A stretch of 64,000 nucleotides of DNA from an uncultured Myxococcales bacterium (GCA_903883645.1 CAISBR010000081.1:2833-66832), one strand, 5' to 3'; counted from the first letter of the stretch, positions 9,146 to 19,293 are shown. A program made the numbers and translations. Notes: a model not told the origin generated them from the sequence alone.

Positions 9146-9949
9146 CTAAAAGCTTCGACCTACAATGGTTTTTGCCACCCAGTCCGTGCCCGCAGCGTGG
9201 GTCAGCGCCTTGCCAACCGCCAGGTTCACTTCCCACTCGCCCAGCGGGGTCCCCTTAGCCGCCGCCAGGTCCAGCACGCCAAAAAGCAGGTGTTCTTGCT
9301 GGCTCAGCGGCAGCAGCGTCGTGCCCAGCGGGCCTATTCCTGCGTAGTATTCAGCACCTACTGCCACACCGTGTTGGGTGTCAACGCTCACCTTGCCGGC
9401 CGGCTCAAAGTCAGGCTTAAAGGCGTCTTTGCCCGACAGGGCGTAGCCAAAGATCGGGTTAAAATCGACCAAGATCCAGCGATTGCGCCAGCCGATAAAC
9501 GGGCGAAACTCGTTGGCCCAGCCCGCCTCTTCCACAGTCTTGGGCACGGCACCTAGCTCGATGTTCAGGCCCATAAACACCTTACGATTCCGGAGCTTTT
9601 GCGGCGCCCGCAGCTTGACGCGCAGCTTTGCCCCGGCCCAGTGCGCCTGCCCATCGGGCCCCAGCGCCATCTGCAAATAGGCACCCAACTCCGCGTTTTC
9701 GCTCAGTCCGTACGCGGGCTCCAGGGTAAAGCGCGTCACCCCGGCCGGCGCTAGCTCGCCCGCATAGTCTGGCGTCTTTCGGCCACCGTGCGCGTAGTTG
9801 GTGTGCAGCTCAAGGCCAAAATGCCCGGGATCATTCACATCCTCTTCGTAGACCTGGATCTCGTGGCGGTCGATGGCGTAGGCCAAAGTCGGAGTGATCG
9901 CCGCCGTAGCCACAAGAAGTCTAAGCAATATCGGATGTTGAAGCAGCAT
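9146..9949 (-). CDS. Exported, probably outer-membrane beta-barrel protein (function unknown)
   Basis: Signal peptide ending AYA; alternating beta-strand pattern; C-terminal Phe (VGRSF); Fur box upstream. Confidence 0.6.
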   Translation of the reverse strand: MLLQHPILLRLLVATAAITPTLAYAIDRHEIQVYEEDVNDPGHFGLELHTNYAHGGRKTPDYAGELAPAGVTRFTLEPAYGLSENAELGAYLQMALGPDGQAHWAGAKLRVKLRAPQKLRNRKVFMGLNIELGAVPKTVEEAGWANEFRPFIGWRNRWILVDFNPIFGYALSGKDAFKPDFEPAGKVSVDTQHGVAVGAEYYAGIGPLGTTLLPLSQQEHLLFGVLDLAAAKGTPLGEWEVNLAVGKALTHAAGTDWVAKTIVGRSF

Positions 9950-9989
9950 CGCCGCCCACGACTCGCCCGGGATGGGCGTCGCCTATAAT

Positions 9990-10008
9990 GATAATGAATT
10001 TCATTTTC
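9990..10008. promoter_or_regulatory. Fur box
   Basis: GATAATGAATTTCATTTTC; the minus strand GAAAATGAAATTCATTATC matches GATAATGATAATCATTATC at 16/19. An extra ATAAT hexamer precedes it; AT-rich patch about 40 bp upstream of the 9949 start. Confidence 0.75.
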
Positions 10009-10205
10009 AAATACAACCGCCGTGGCGACCAACGCTCCGGGGCGCGCGCAACCGGTGCGCGTGCGCGCCGCAGCGCTTGACAAATACGCTAAATTATCGG
10101 GTTGTTCTAAACATTTACACGATCAACACGCCCAGCACTTGAGGCGATTCGCCGCACGCGCCATAGTGTAGGGGTGCTGTGCCCCGCGCACGCGAGAGTC
10201 GAGCG

Positions 10206-11054
10206 ATGAACAGGCGTATTTTCTTGCTAGTCCCGTGGCTTCTACTGGCCAACTTGTCCGCTTGCTCCGACTCCGCCGTTGCCCCTACCTTGACGTTTGG
10301 CAGCGCGGGCACGGCAGACGGCGGCAGCGATGCGCTGGCCGGTTCAGATACCGCAGGCGACAGCGCCGCCTTCGACACCAGTGACGCAGCGACCCCCGCC
10401 GCCGACACAACTCTCGACGATTCTTCAGGTTCTGACGCTGGGGCCGACAGCAATCCCCCGGCCGACGTCGCTCCGACAGACACGGCCCCAGCCGACGCAC
10501 TGGTCGCCGATAGTGCGCTTGCAGATGCAGACCTACTCGATAGCGTGCCAGCCGACGCCGCAGTGGCCGATGCTGCTGTGCCCGACGTCACCACACCCGA
10601 CTCGGCGGCGCCCGACACAGCAGTGCCCGACACAGCAGCGCCCGACACAACGGTGCCCGACACAGCAGCGCCCGACATTGCCCCGCCAACCGACACCAAG
10701 CCGGGCACCGTCTGCGGCAACGGCACCTGTGAACCGGGCGAATCAACAAGCAATTGCCAGGCCGACTGCAAGGGTGGCAGCAACACCTGGACCTGTGGCG
10801 ACGGCGCGTGCGACATCGGCGAGCAGATCTACTGCGCCAAGGACTGCAAGATCGACCCGGCCACCTGCGTCAAAGATCAGTGCCCCGCCGAGCTGGCCGC
10901 GTGCCTAACCAACACCGTGTGCACGCAAGTCTGGGTGTGCGCCCAAAAGTGCACGAGCAACAGCTGCGTCCAGGGCTGTGTGCCGTTTGGCACGACCGTC
11001 GACCCCACCTTGCTGGCGATCTACAACTGCGCGCAAAAACACACTTGTTTGTAG
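10206..11054 (+). CDS. Lipoprotein with D/T/P-rich stalk and Cys-rich C-terminal domains
   Basis: MNRR..LSAC lipobox; PDTAA-type repeats; CGNGTCEPGE, CGDGACDIGE repeats; Cys-rich helical tail. Confidence 0.75.
   Translation: MNRRIFLLVPWLLLANLSACSDSAVAPTLTFGSAGTADGGSDALAGSDTAGDSAAFDTSDAATPAADTTLDDSSGSDAGADSNPPADVAPTDTAPADALVADSALADADLLDSVPADAAVADAAVPDVTTPDSAAPDTAVPDTAAPDTTVPDTAAPDIAPPTDTKPGTVCGNGTCEPGESTSNCQADCKGGSNTWTCGDGACDIGEQIYCAKDCKIDPATCVKDQCPAELAACLTNTVCTQVWVCAQKCTSNSCVQGCVPFGTTVDPTLLAIYNCAQKHTCL
10581..10682 (+). repeat. 15-bp coding tandem repeat (CCCGACACAGCAGCG-like, about 7 units)
   Basis: CCCGAC recurs every 15 bp from 10581 to 10671; encodes PDxxx pentapeptides. Confidence 0.85.
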
Positions 11055-11061
11055 GTATTGG

Positions 11062-14046
11062 CTACAGGCAGCAGACAGAGCAGGTGTTGGTGACCGACTC
11101 CATGCCGTTTGAGGTGCCGCTGGTGGCCGTGGCTTTGTGCCGCATGAGCCGGGTGTCGTAGCCGCTCGCCCAGATCTGCGTGGCCACGGCGCTGTCGTCG
11201 ATGCAGAGGGTCTTGCCGTGTACTTGCGGGCCGTTATAGGCCTCGACGCCGCCGATGTGACCCGAGTAGGCCGTGCTGTAGCCCGCAGCGCAGGCCGTCG
11301 AGCCCAAGCTGGTATAGCAGCCGCCGGTGCAGCAAATGGCACAATTATTCGGCACTTCTTGCATGCCGTTCGAGCTGTCTTGGGCGCGCATCAAGCGGTT
11401 ATTAAAGCCGCTCGCCCACGCAGTCTTGGTGGCCGCGCCAGTGGTGACGCACTCTAGGTTGCCGTGCATGGTGCCGCCGCCCGTTTGGTAGTTCTCCAAG
11501 CCGCCAGGCCGCCCGGTGACCACCGCAGTAAAGCCAGACGCGCAACTGGTGCTGCCCCAGTGCGTGTAGCACGAACCGGCGTTGGGGTGGCTGTGGTCCG
11601 AACGCGAGGCGGTGACTGCCGAACCGCTGCCGGCAAAGTTGACCGCAACGGTGCCACTGGTGGTAATTGTGCCACCCGACAGGCCCGTGCCTGCGACAAT
11701 CGACGTGACCGTGCCGCCCGAGTTCGCGTCGGCGCTGCAGGTGACCGCACCCGTGGCACTGATGCCAAGGACATGCTGCCCAGACGGGCACGCCTGGTTC
11801 GATATGGCGAAATTGCTTCCTGAATAGGTGGTATTGGCATCGGCCGCGCACGAGACTACGCCGCTCGCGTTGATGCCGCTGACGTACTGCCCGGCGGGGC
11901 AGCCCTGGTTCGAAACCGCAAAGTTTGTGCCCGAGTACGTAGTGTTGGCGTCGCCGGCGCAGGTGACCACACCGCTCGCGTTGATGCCGCTCACATACTG
12001 GCCGCCCGGGCAACTCTGCGCCGATGTGGCGAAATTCGCGCCCGAGTAGGTCGTGTCTTTGTCGGCAGTGCACGTGGGCTTGCCGGTGGCGTCGATGCCG
12101 AGCATGTGCTGGCCCGAGGCGCAAGTCTGGTTCGATAAAGCGAAATTGCTGCCCGAGTAGCTGTTATTGGCGTCGGCGGCACAGGTCACTGCACCGCTGG
12201 CGTTGATGCCCGTGACCACTTGGCCCGACGCGCAAGCCTGGCTGCTGACTGCGAAATTGGCACCCGAGTAGCTGTTGTTGGCGTCGGCGGCGCAGGTGAC
12301 CGCACCGCTGGCGTTGATGCCGCTCACATACTGGCCGCCCGGGCAACTCTGCGCCGATGTAGCGAAATTTGCCCCCGAGTAGGTCGTGTCTTTGTCGGCG
12401 GTGCACGTGGGCTTGCCGGTGGCGTCGATGCCGAGCATGTGCTGGCCCGAGGCGCAAGTCTGGTTCGACAAAGCGAAATTGCTGCCCGAGTAGCTGTTGT
12501 TCGCGTCGGTGGCACAGGTCACTGCACCGCTGGCGTTGATGCCCGTGACCACTTGGCCCGACGCGCAAGCCTGGCTGCTGACTGCGAAATTTGCCCCCGA
12601 GTAGGTGGTGTCTTTGTCGGCGGTGCAGGTGGGCTTGCCAGTGGCGTCGATGCCGAGCATGTGCTGGCCCGAGGCGCAAGTCTGGTTCGACAAAGCGAAA
12701 TTGCTGCCCGAGTAGCTGTTGTTCGCGTCGGCCGCGCAGCTTACTTTGCCGCTGCCGTCGATGCCGGTGACCACTTGGCCCGACGCGCAAGCCTGGCTGC
12801 TGACTGCAAAATTACTTCCTGTATATGTCGTGTCCTTGTCGACGGCGCACACGACGGCGCCGCTGGCCGAGATGGCGGTCGCGACCTGGCCGCTGGGGCA
12901 GGCTTGGCTCGCCAGCGCAAAATCCTTGCCGCTGTAGGTGGTATTGGCGTCGGCGGCGCACTGAGCTTTACCTGTACCATCAATGGCATACACCACTTGG
13001 CCGGGGGCACAGGCCTGGCCCGACACCGCAAAATCCTTGCCGCTGTACAGCGTGTCTTTATCGACCGCGCACACCACCTTGCCGCTGCCATCGACGCCGG
13101 TGGCGACTTGACCACTCGGGCAAGCCTGGTTGGATACAGCGAAATTCTTGCCGTCGTAATTAACCGGGGTGTTCTGGTCGGCCACGCAAGTAATCTTGCC
13201 GTCCGCGCCGATGGCCGCGATGATCTGACCGCTGGGGCACGTTTGACCCGAAAGCGCAAAGTTCTTGCCATCATACACACTCGGCGTGTTCTGATCGGCC
13301 ACACAGGTGAGCTTGCCGTCCGCGCCAATGGCCGCCACGATCTGGCCGCTGGGGCAGGTCTGACCCGAAAGCGCAAACGAATTACCATCGTACGTGGGCA
13401 AGTCTTGGCATGCCACCTTGCCGTTCGCATCCACGCCGACCACCGTCTGGCCTTTGCCACACGCCTGCCCCGTCGGCACCAACTGCGGCGTTCCCTTTAA
13501 ATCCGCGAAGTTGCCAGACGTTGCCACCGCAGCAAGCGAGGCACTTTTGGCATACGGCTGCAGCACTTCGGCGGCCAGCATGTCGGCATTCACACAACCC
13601 GAGCACTGCAGCGCCTGGGCCGACGACGCCACCTGCGCCCGCAGCGCATACGGCACCTGATGCAGCGCCAGCCGCGGCAATTCGGCCTCCGCGCCCACTT
13701 GCGCACTAACCCAGGTCGCCTGACCGCCGAAAAACACGGACTTATCCAGCGGGGTCTTGGCGCCAACCTGCACCGCAAACATGCCCTTGATGACCTTGAC
13801 CGCCGGATCGATATAGGTATATACCGCCTTGGTATCATTCACATTTTCGTAAAATCGTAGCGTCAGCGCGTAGTCACCGTCGGGCACCGGAAAGCCGGCG
13901 GCATTGGTCAAACGCCCCTGCAGCGCCAGTTGGTCCTCGACCGCCAGCGCCGGCAGCGCAACGGTCAGCCCGAGCAGCAGCGCCAGCCCCGCCAGCGCCC
14001 GCAGCCAGGTTTTCCCCATTGTTCTAGTGCGTTGCATCCTCATCAT
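11062..14046 (-). CDS. Secreted fibre/adhesin-like protein with 16 Cys-pair repeats and a duplicated Cys-rich tip domain
   Basis: GAGGTGG then ATG 14046; signal peptide (ALA-VED); N-domain QGRL..DGDY..PR..VPYALRA; ~37-aa repeats; GGTVTSIVAGTGLSGG and SRSDHSH motifs; two related C-terminal domains ending CAICC and CSVCC. Confidence 0.8.
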   Translation of the reverse strand: MMRMQRTRTMGKTWLRALAGLALLLGLTVALPALAVEDQLALQGRLTNAAGFPVPDGDYALTLRFYENVNDTKAVYTYIDPAVKVIKGMFAVQVGAKTPLDKSVFFGGQATWVSAQVGAEAELPRLALHQVPYALRAQVASSAQALQCSGCVNADMLAAEVLQPYAKSASLAAVATSGNFADLKGTPQLVPTGQACGKGQTVVGVDANGKVACQDLPTYDGNSFALSGQTCPSGQIVAAIGADGKLTCVADQNTPSVYDGKNFALSGQTCPSGQIIAAIGADGKITCVADQNTPVNYDGKNFAVSNQACPSGQVATGVDGSGKVVCAVDKDTLYSGKDFAVSGQACAPGQVVYAIDGTGKAQCAADANTTYSGKDFALASQACPSGQVATAISASGAVVCAVDKDTTYTGSNFAVSSQACASGQVVTGIDGSGKVSCAADANNSYSGSNFALSNQTCASGQHMLGIDATGKPTCTADKDTTYSGANFAVSSQACASGQVVTGINASGAVTCATDANNSYSGSNFALSNQTCASGQHMLGIDATGKPTCTADKDTTYSGANFATSAQSCPGGQYVSGINASGAVTCAADANNSYSGANFAVSSQACASGQVVTGINASGAVTCAADANNSYSGSNFALSNQTCASGQHMLGIDATGKPTCTADKDTTYSGANFATSAQSCPGGQYVSGINASGVVTCAGDANTTYSGTNFAVSNQGCPAGQYVSGINASGVVSCAADANTTYSGSNFAISNQACPSGQHVLGISATGAVTCSADANSGGTVTSIVAGTGLSGGTITTSGTVAVNFAGSGSAVTASRSDHSHPNAGSCYTHWGSTSCASGFTAVVTGRPGGLENYQTGGGTMHGNLECVTTGAATKTAWASGFNNRLMRAQDSSNGMQEVPNNCAICCTGGCYTSLGSTACAAGYSTAYSGHIGGVEAYNGPQVHGKTLCIDDSAVATQIWASGYDTRLMRHKATATSGTSNGMESVTNTCSVCCL
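11719..13480 (-). repeat. 111-bp (37-aa) coding tandem repeat array, about 16 units
   Basis: Consensus YSGxNFAxSxQxCxSGQxVxGIxAxGxxxCxADxNxx; 11938-12270 and 12271-12603 are near-identical 333-bp blocks. Confidence 0.92.
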
Positions 14047-14072
14047 CCACCTCACATGGTGCGCCCAGTGCC

Positions 14073-16079
14073 CTAGGGCAACCAGGCCGCCAACCAGCGC
14101 AAAAGCCCCGTCCAGGTCGAATTGCCGTTGCCCGTCGCGTTGGCCGGCCCGATCGTCAGTGACTCGCCGCCCAGCTCGAGCCACGCCGCTTGATCTCCGA
14201 CTGCGGCCTGCCCCGCCAAGCCGGCAAAGCCGATCTCGAGCGCATTGGCCTTGCAGCCCTCGTCGGTAAAGCCGTCGCAGTCGTCGTCGACGCCATCGCA
14301 CGCTTCTACGCCGCTCGGCACGACCTCGCCGTCACATACCCCGAACTTTCCGTCTTTGCAGAGTTTCTTGCCATTATGGCATATCCCTACGCCGTCTGTA
14401 CCGTTGCCGCCGCTGTAGCAGTCGCTGGTAGCGGCATTGGGTAACCCCACGCAACCCTTGGCCGGGTCGCACGAATCGTCGGTGCACGGGTTACCATCGT
14501 CGCAAGACTGGCTAGCCGCGCCGGCCAAGCAGAGCGCACCGCCACCCGGGTCAGCCTCGCAGTGGTCGCCCACGCTGCACGCATCGCCATCGCTGCACGA
14601 CGCGCCGCTCAGCACGCTGTGCACGCAGCCGCCGCTTTGTTTGTCGCAGCTATCGCCGGTGCAGGGGTTGGCGTCGTTGCAACTCTTTAAGTCCGGATTC
14701 AGACACTTGCCCGTCGTGCCATCGCAATTATCGGCGGTGCAGGCGTTGTCGTCGACGCACGTCGCCTCGTCGCTTTTGCCGTTGCAGTCGTCGTCTTTGC
14801 CGTTACAGATCTCGATCTTGGCCAAGTTGCTGGTGGTGCACAGGGCGGTGATGATGGTCTGGCATTGCACGCTGCCCCCGGCGCACAGGCCGCTGCCGCA
14901 GGGCTGGCCCACGCCCACGGTGGCGCCGGTCGACAGTTCGACCACAAAGAAGTCTTCGTCGGTCAGGCCGTCGCAGTCGTCGTCTTCGTTGTTGCAGATC
15001 TCTTTCTTGGGCGTCGCGGCATCGGTGCAGACGAGCTGTCCGCCGCTTGTGCAGGTGGGCTTGCCGGGGCACTTGCCCAAAATCATCTTACAGATCAATG
15101 CGTCGCAACCCTCACCGCTCAGGCAGTCGCCGTCTTGTTCGCAGGCCTTGCCGCTGCCGCCGGCTTGGTAGGCGGTCTTAAAGCAGGTCGCGTCGGGCGC
15201 CAAGTTGTCGATCTTGCCGTCGCAGTTGTCGTCTTCGGCGTTGCACTCTTCGGCCTTGGCTACCTTGCCGCTGCACGCACTCAGGCCGTCGGGGCCGCAC
15301 GAGCGCGAACCGCCGCACATTCCGAAACTATTGACGATCTGGCAATCGGTGCTGAGGCCCGACTGCTTGCCCCAGGTGGTACAGGTGCACAGCGCCGCCG
15401 CAGCTTTCAAGCGGCATTGCTTGCTTTGCGACGCCCCGTCTTTCTGGTCGACGCAGCCGTAGCCATCGGGGCAGTCGCCGTCACTGGCGCAGGTGGCGCC
15501 ACAGAACTTGCCGTCGACAGCATAGTCTAGACACCAAGCGGTCTTATCGCCCCCTACTTGGCAGTCACTGTGCGCTTTGCACGGCGAGCAGAGCGAGACC
15601 TGCTTGGGCAAGCACATCGACACGGGGTCGACCGCGCCGTAGAGCTGGCACTCCCAGCCGATCGGGCAAGTCGATGCGCCGCCACAGGTTTTGCTGCACT
15701 GCTTGCCGTTGGCGGTGGTTATGCACGCGCCCGAGTCGCACTGAGTGTCTTGCGTGCAGGTGCAGAACGGTCCGCCCGGGCACTCGCCGCTGCCCACGTC
15801 GCCCAGGGTGTCGCTGCCCGAGTCGCCGAAGCTGTCGCTGCCCGTGGCGTCCGTTCCTTCATCGAAGTCGTACACATCGGTCTGGGCATCGGGGGGCGCG
15901 GCCAAGTCATTGCTGGTCACGTCGGGCGCGATATCGGTCGGCGCTGCCACCGTGCCCGTCGAGTCGTTGCTGCAAGCAGCTGTCAACAAAGCACAAATCA
16001 ATACGAGCGTGCCGGCGCGCAGCGTCAACACGGCGGCGGGTCGTGGCGTGCGACTCGGGGTTGCAATGGGGCAATGCAT
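14073..16079 (-). CDS. Cys-rich lipoprotein with CNxxDDDCDG (putative metal-binding) and CDDGNPCTxDxC repeats
   Basis: Lipobox LLTAAC; acidic linker; EECNAEDDNCDG, EICNNEDDDCDG, EICNGKDDDCNG, EACDGVDDDCDG. Start uncertain (ATG 16079 chosen). Confidence 0.75.
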   Translation of the reverse strand: MHCPIATPSRTPRPAAVLTLRAGTLVLICALLTAACSNDSTGTVAAPTDIAPDVTSNDLAAPPDAQTDVYDFDEGTDATGSDSFGDSGSDTLGDVGSGECPGGPFCTCTQDTQCDSGACITTANGKQCSKTCGGASTCPIGWECQLYGAVDPVSMCLPKQVSLCSPCKAHSDCQVGGDKTAWCLDYAVDGKFCGATCASDGDCPDGYGCVDQKDGASQSKQCRLKAAAALCTCTTWGKQSGLSTDCQIVNSFGMCGGSRSCGPDGLSACSGKVAKAEECNAEDDNCDGKIDNLAPDATCFKTAYQAGGSGKACEQDGDCLSGEGCDALICKMILGKCPGKPTCTSGGQLVCTDAATPKKEICNNEDDDCDGLTDEDFFVVELSTGATVGVGQPCGSGLCAGGSVQCQTIITALCTTSNLAKIEICNGKDDDCNGKSDEATCVDDNACTADNCDGTTGKCLNPDLKSCNDANPCTGDSCDKQSGGCVHSVLSGASCSDGDACSVGDHCEADPGGGALCLAGAASQSCDDGNPCTDDSCDPAKGCVGLPNAATSDCYSGGNGTDGVGICHNGKKLCKDGKFGVCDGEVVPSGVEACDGVDDDCDGFTDEGCKANALEIGFAGLAGQAAVGDQAAWLELGGESLTIGPANATGNGNSTWTGLLRWLAAWLP

Positions 16080-16110
16080 GGGTCGCCAGCTCCCTTGGCG
16101 TCGTTTGAGT

Positions 16111-17607
16111 CTAGCGACTGCCACCCGTGGCGGCAACGGCATTCTCTGCGGCGACACTGCGATCTTGCCGCGCTCGCCGCGATTTGGCCACCGCCCGTGC
16201 CTGATGGGTCTGGTCGTCGCGGCCCGCGTGCTCGGCTGTTTCTGCAACACAACCGCCATCGCCCACCAGCCAGGCCAGCAGCAACTTGCCCAACCGGTCG
16301 ACCGAAAGCTGGTGCGTCTGCGCCGTGGTCGCGAACAGCCAATCGCCAAACGCCAGCAGCCGCGCAAACGGCGCATCCGCCAAAAGCAACGGCAGCAGGT
16401 GCGGAAAGCGCGCAGAATTACCCACCAAATCCCAGTAGCGCGCCAGCCGACTCAAGCGCTGCAGGTCGGCAAATGGCCAGTCGGGCGTCTGCAGCACGAG
16501 GTACGGCGGTACCGGGTCGAAGTGCAGCCCCAGGTTCTGCGCCCGCTCGGCCAGGGGTGTTCCGCGCAGGCGCTTGAGAACTCCGACCTGGATCTCGTGC
16601 ACGCCCAGGCCATACAACCAGTTGAAGCCCTTAGAAAAACTGGCCATATCCTCGCCTGGCAGCCCGGCGATCAGGTCCACGTGCAGGTGGGCATGGGTGT
16701 GTTCGCGCAGCCAGCGCAGGTTCGCCGCCGAGCGCTCCATGTCTTGCACCCGGTCGATCTGCTTCTGACTCGCGGGGTTCAGCGTCTGGATGCCGATCTC
16801 AAGCTGCAGCGTCCCTGGCAAGAACTGCGCCAAGCGCTCGCGCAGCGGCTCGGGCAGCCGGTCGGGGATCATCTCGAAATGCAAGAACAATTCGGGAGTC
16901 AGCCGCTCCAAGAAGAAGTCGAGAATCGCCGCGCTGTGTCCCAGTTGCAGGTTAAACGTGCGATCGACGAACTTGAAGTGGCGCAGGCCGCGGTCGTACA
17001 AGCGGCGCATCTGCTCAAGAAACCGTTCTAAATCAAACGGAACTGCGGTCTTGTCGAGCGCCGACAAGCAAAACGCGCAACGAAACGGACAACCGCGCGA
17101 GGCCTCGACATACACGAGCCGCGTCTGCAGGTCGTGGTCGCTGTACTCCGCATACGGCCACTGAATTTGCCCCAGCTCGGCCGTCTCGGCGTGGCTGATC
17201 TTGCGCGGAACAGCGCCGGCCAAAATCTGCCGACACAGCTGGGCAAAAGCCAAGTCCGCTTGGCCCGTGATCACAAAATCGGCTTGCTGCACAACGGCTT
17301 GCAACTCGGTCTCGTGGCTCACCTCCGGCCCGCCCAGCACCACCAGCACCTCGGGCGCCACAGCCTTTAGAATCGCAACGATCTCAGCTGTATACACCGT
17401 ATTCCAGATGTACACGCCCAGGCCCACGATGCGCGGCTTCTCGGCCAGGATCTTTTCGACGATCTCGGCCGCGGGGCGATCGTGGGTAAATTCGAGCAGG
17501 CGCGTCTGCGACCTTAGCTCGCCCATATTCGCGAAAAGATAGCGCAAACCCAGCGAAGCGTGGATGTACTTGGCGTTGACGGTGGCGAGGACGATCGCGC
17601 TCGGCAC
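16111..17607 (-). CDS. B12-binding-domain radical SAM protein (DUF4080-type)
   Basis: NAKYIHASLGLRYL, GVYIWN, GGPEVS, EASRGCPFRCAFCLS, FVDRTFN, HVDLIAGLPGE. Confidence 0.88.
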   Translation of the reverse strand: MPSAIVLATVNAKYIHASLGLRYLFANMGELRSQTRLLEFTHDRPAAEIVEKILAEKPRIVGLGVYIWNTVYTAEIVAILKAVAPEVLVVLGGPEVSHETELQAVVQQADFVITGQADLAFAQLCRQILAGAVPRKISHAETAELGQIQWPYAEYSDHDLQTRLVYVEASRGCPFRCAFCLSALDKTAVPFDLERFLEQMRRLYDRGLRHFKFVDRTFNLQLGHSAAILDFFLERLTPELFLHFEMIPDRLPEPLRERLAQFLPGTLQLEIGIQTLNPASQKQIDRVQDMERSAANLRWLREHTHAHLHVDLIAGLPGEDMASFSKGFNWLYGLGVHEIQVGVLKRLRGTPLAERAQNLGLHFDPVPPYLVLQTPDWPFADLQRLSRLARYWDLVGNSARFPHLLPLLLADAPFARLLAFGDWLFATTAQTHQLSVDRLGKLLLAWLVGDGGCVAETAEHAGRDDQTHQARAVAKSRRARQDRSVAAENAVAATGGSR

Positions 17608-19290
17608 TTAAATCACCAGCGTCTCTTGGTGGCGGCCGAACACTTCGCGCAGCGTCGCGCTGATTTCGCCAGTCGTCGCACGGGCTTTCGCCGCCTGCAC
17701 CATCGCGTCCATCACATTTTGGCCACCTTGCGCGGCCGCTCGCAGATTCGCCAATGCTTCGGTGTGCTTAACAGGGTCGCGCGTCGCCCGCAGCTGCTGC
17801 ACCCGGGCAATCTGCTGGCGCTCCACCTCGGGGTCAACCTTGAGCACCGGCATCGGCGCCTCGTTCTCGACCTGGAACTTGTTGACACCTACGATGATTT
17901 GCTCGCCCCTCTCGACTGCAAGCTGCCACCGGTAGGCCGAGTCCTGGATCTCGCGCTGCGGATAGCCCTTCTCGATCGCCGCGACCATGCCGCCCATCTC
18001 GTCGATTCGGCTCAGGTATTCGCGGGCCTTCTTCTCGAGCGCGTCGGTCCACTGCTCGATCAAGTAACTGCCGGCCAGCGGATCGACCGCATCGGCCACG
18101 CCCGACTCATAGGCAATAATCTGCTGAGTTCGCAAGGCAATTTGCGCACTCGCCTCGGTCGGCAGCCCCAGCGCCTCGTCGCGCGAGTTGGTGTGCAGCG
18201 ACTGCGTACCGCCCAACACCGCCGCAAGTGCCTGAAGTGTCACGCGAACAATGTTGTTATCGGGCTGCTGCGCCGTCAGCATCGAGCCGGCGGTCTGGGT
18301 ATGAAAGCGCAGCTTGCACGACTCGTCGCTCTGCGCGCCAAAACGCTCGCGCATGATCGTGGCCCACAGCCGCCGCGCCGCACGGAACTTGGCGACTTCT
18401 TCCAAGAAATTGTTATGGCCATTAAAGAAGAACGCCAGTCGACCCGCAAAATCGTCGATGTCGAGGCCCGCGTCGAGCGCCGCCTGCACATAGGCCATAC
18501 CATCGCCCAGCGTAAAGGCAATTTCTTGCGCGGCATCGCAGCCCGCCTCGCGCACGTGGTAGCCCGAGATCGAGATCGTGTTCCACTTGGGCACATTTTG
18601 GCCGCACCAGGCGAACAGGTCGGTAATCAGGCGCATCGACGGCCGCGGCGGGTAGATCCAGGTGCCGCGCGCCATGTATTCCTTCAAGATATCGTTCTGC
18701 ACAGTGCCCGTCAGCACGCTGGGCGGCAGGCCCCGCTCTTCGGCCACCGCCACCAAGAAGGCCAGCAGCGTCGTCGCGGTCGAGTTGATGGTCATCGACA
18801 CGCTGACCTTGTCGAGCGGCAGATCCTGCATCAAAACATGCATATCCTCTACGCTCGCGATCGACACGCCGACCTTACCGACCTCGCCCAGCGCCATTGC
18901 ATCGCCCGGGTCGTAGCCCATCTGCGTCGGCAGATCGAAAGCCACCGATAGCCCCGTTTGGCCGCGCTGCAAAAGGTAGCGGTAGCGCTGGTTCGACTCG
19001 GCGGCTGTGCCAAAACCTGCGTATTGTCGCATAGTCCAGAGCCGTCCGCGGTACATGGTCGCCTGCACGCCGCGCGTATACGGGTACTGACCGGGCAAGC
19101 CAAGCTGGCTCAGGTACTGCGGATCATCGCCCGCAGGCAGCGCCAAGTCGGCGACCTCCTCGCCAGTCGAGCGAGTAAACTCGGCGCGCCGCAAACCTTT
19201 TTTCTTAGCCGCAGCCAGCAGCCGGCCGGCCCAAGCCTGCTGCGCTTGCTGTACGGTCGGGCTCAGCGGCGAAGATTGGTGTTCCGTCAT
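17608..19290 (-). CDS. Methylmalonyl-CoA mutase, substrate-binding (large) subunit
   Basis: [56 protein letters not shown]. Tyr/Arg specificity residues are MCM-type; no B12-binding domain. Confidence 0.93.
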   Translation of the reverse strand: MTEHQSSPLSPTVQQAQQAWAGRLLAAAKKKGLRRAEFTRSTGEEVADLALPAGDDPQYLSQLGLPGQYPYTRGVQATMYRGRLWTMRQYAGFGTAAESNQRYRYLLQRGQTGLSVAFDLPTQMGYDPGDAMALGEVGKVGVSIASVEDMHVLMQDLPLDKVSVSMTINSTATTLLAFLVAVAEERGLPPSVLTGTVQNDILKEYMARGTWIYPPRPSMRLITDLFAWCGQNVPKWNTISISGYHVREAGCDAAQEIAFTLGDGMAYVQAALDAGLDIDDFAGRLAFFFNGHNNFLEEVAKFRAARRLWATIMRERFGAQSDESCKLRFHTQTAGSMLTAQQPDNNIVRVTLQALAAVLGGTQSLHTNSRDEALGLPTEASAQIALRTQQIIAYESGVADAVDPLAGSYLIEQWTDALEKKAREYLSRIDEMGGMVAAIEKGYPQREIQDSAYRWQLAVERGEQIIVGVNKFQVENEAPMPVLKVDPEVERQQIARVQQLRATRDPVKHTEALANLRAAAQGGQNVMDAMVQAAKARATTGEISATLREVFGRHQETLVI

Positions 19291-19293
19291 GGT

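Noticed and set aside
11719-13480. CRISPR array or DGR template/variable repeats
   Set aside because: The repeats are in-frame coding units with no unique spacers. Differences are not adenine-specific, and no cas or reverse transcriptase gene is present.
17560-18951. Long antisense ORFs (463 aa here; also 12220..13500, 15745..17031, 40114..41451, 59537..60739)
   Set aside because: Typical high-GC shadow ORFs opposite well-supported genes, with no motifs.
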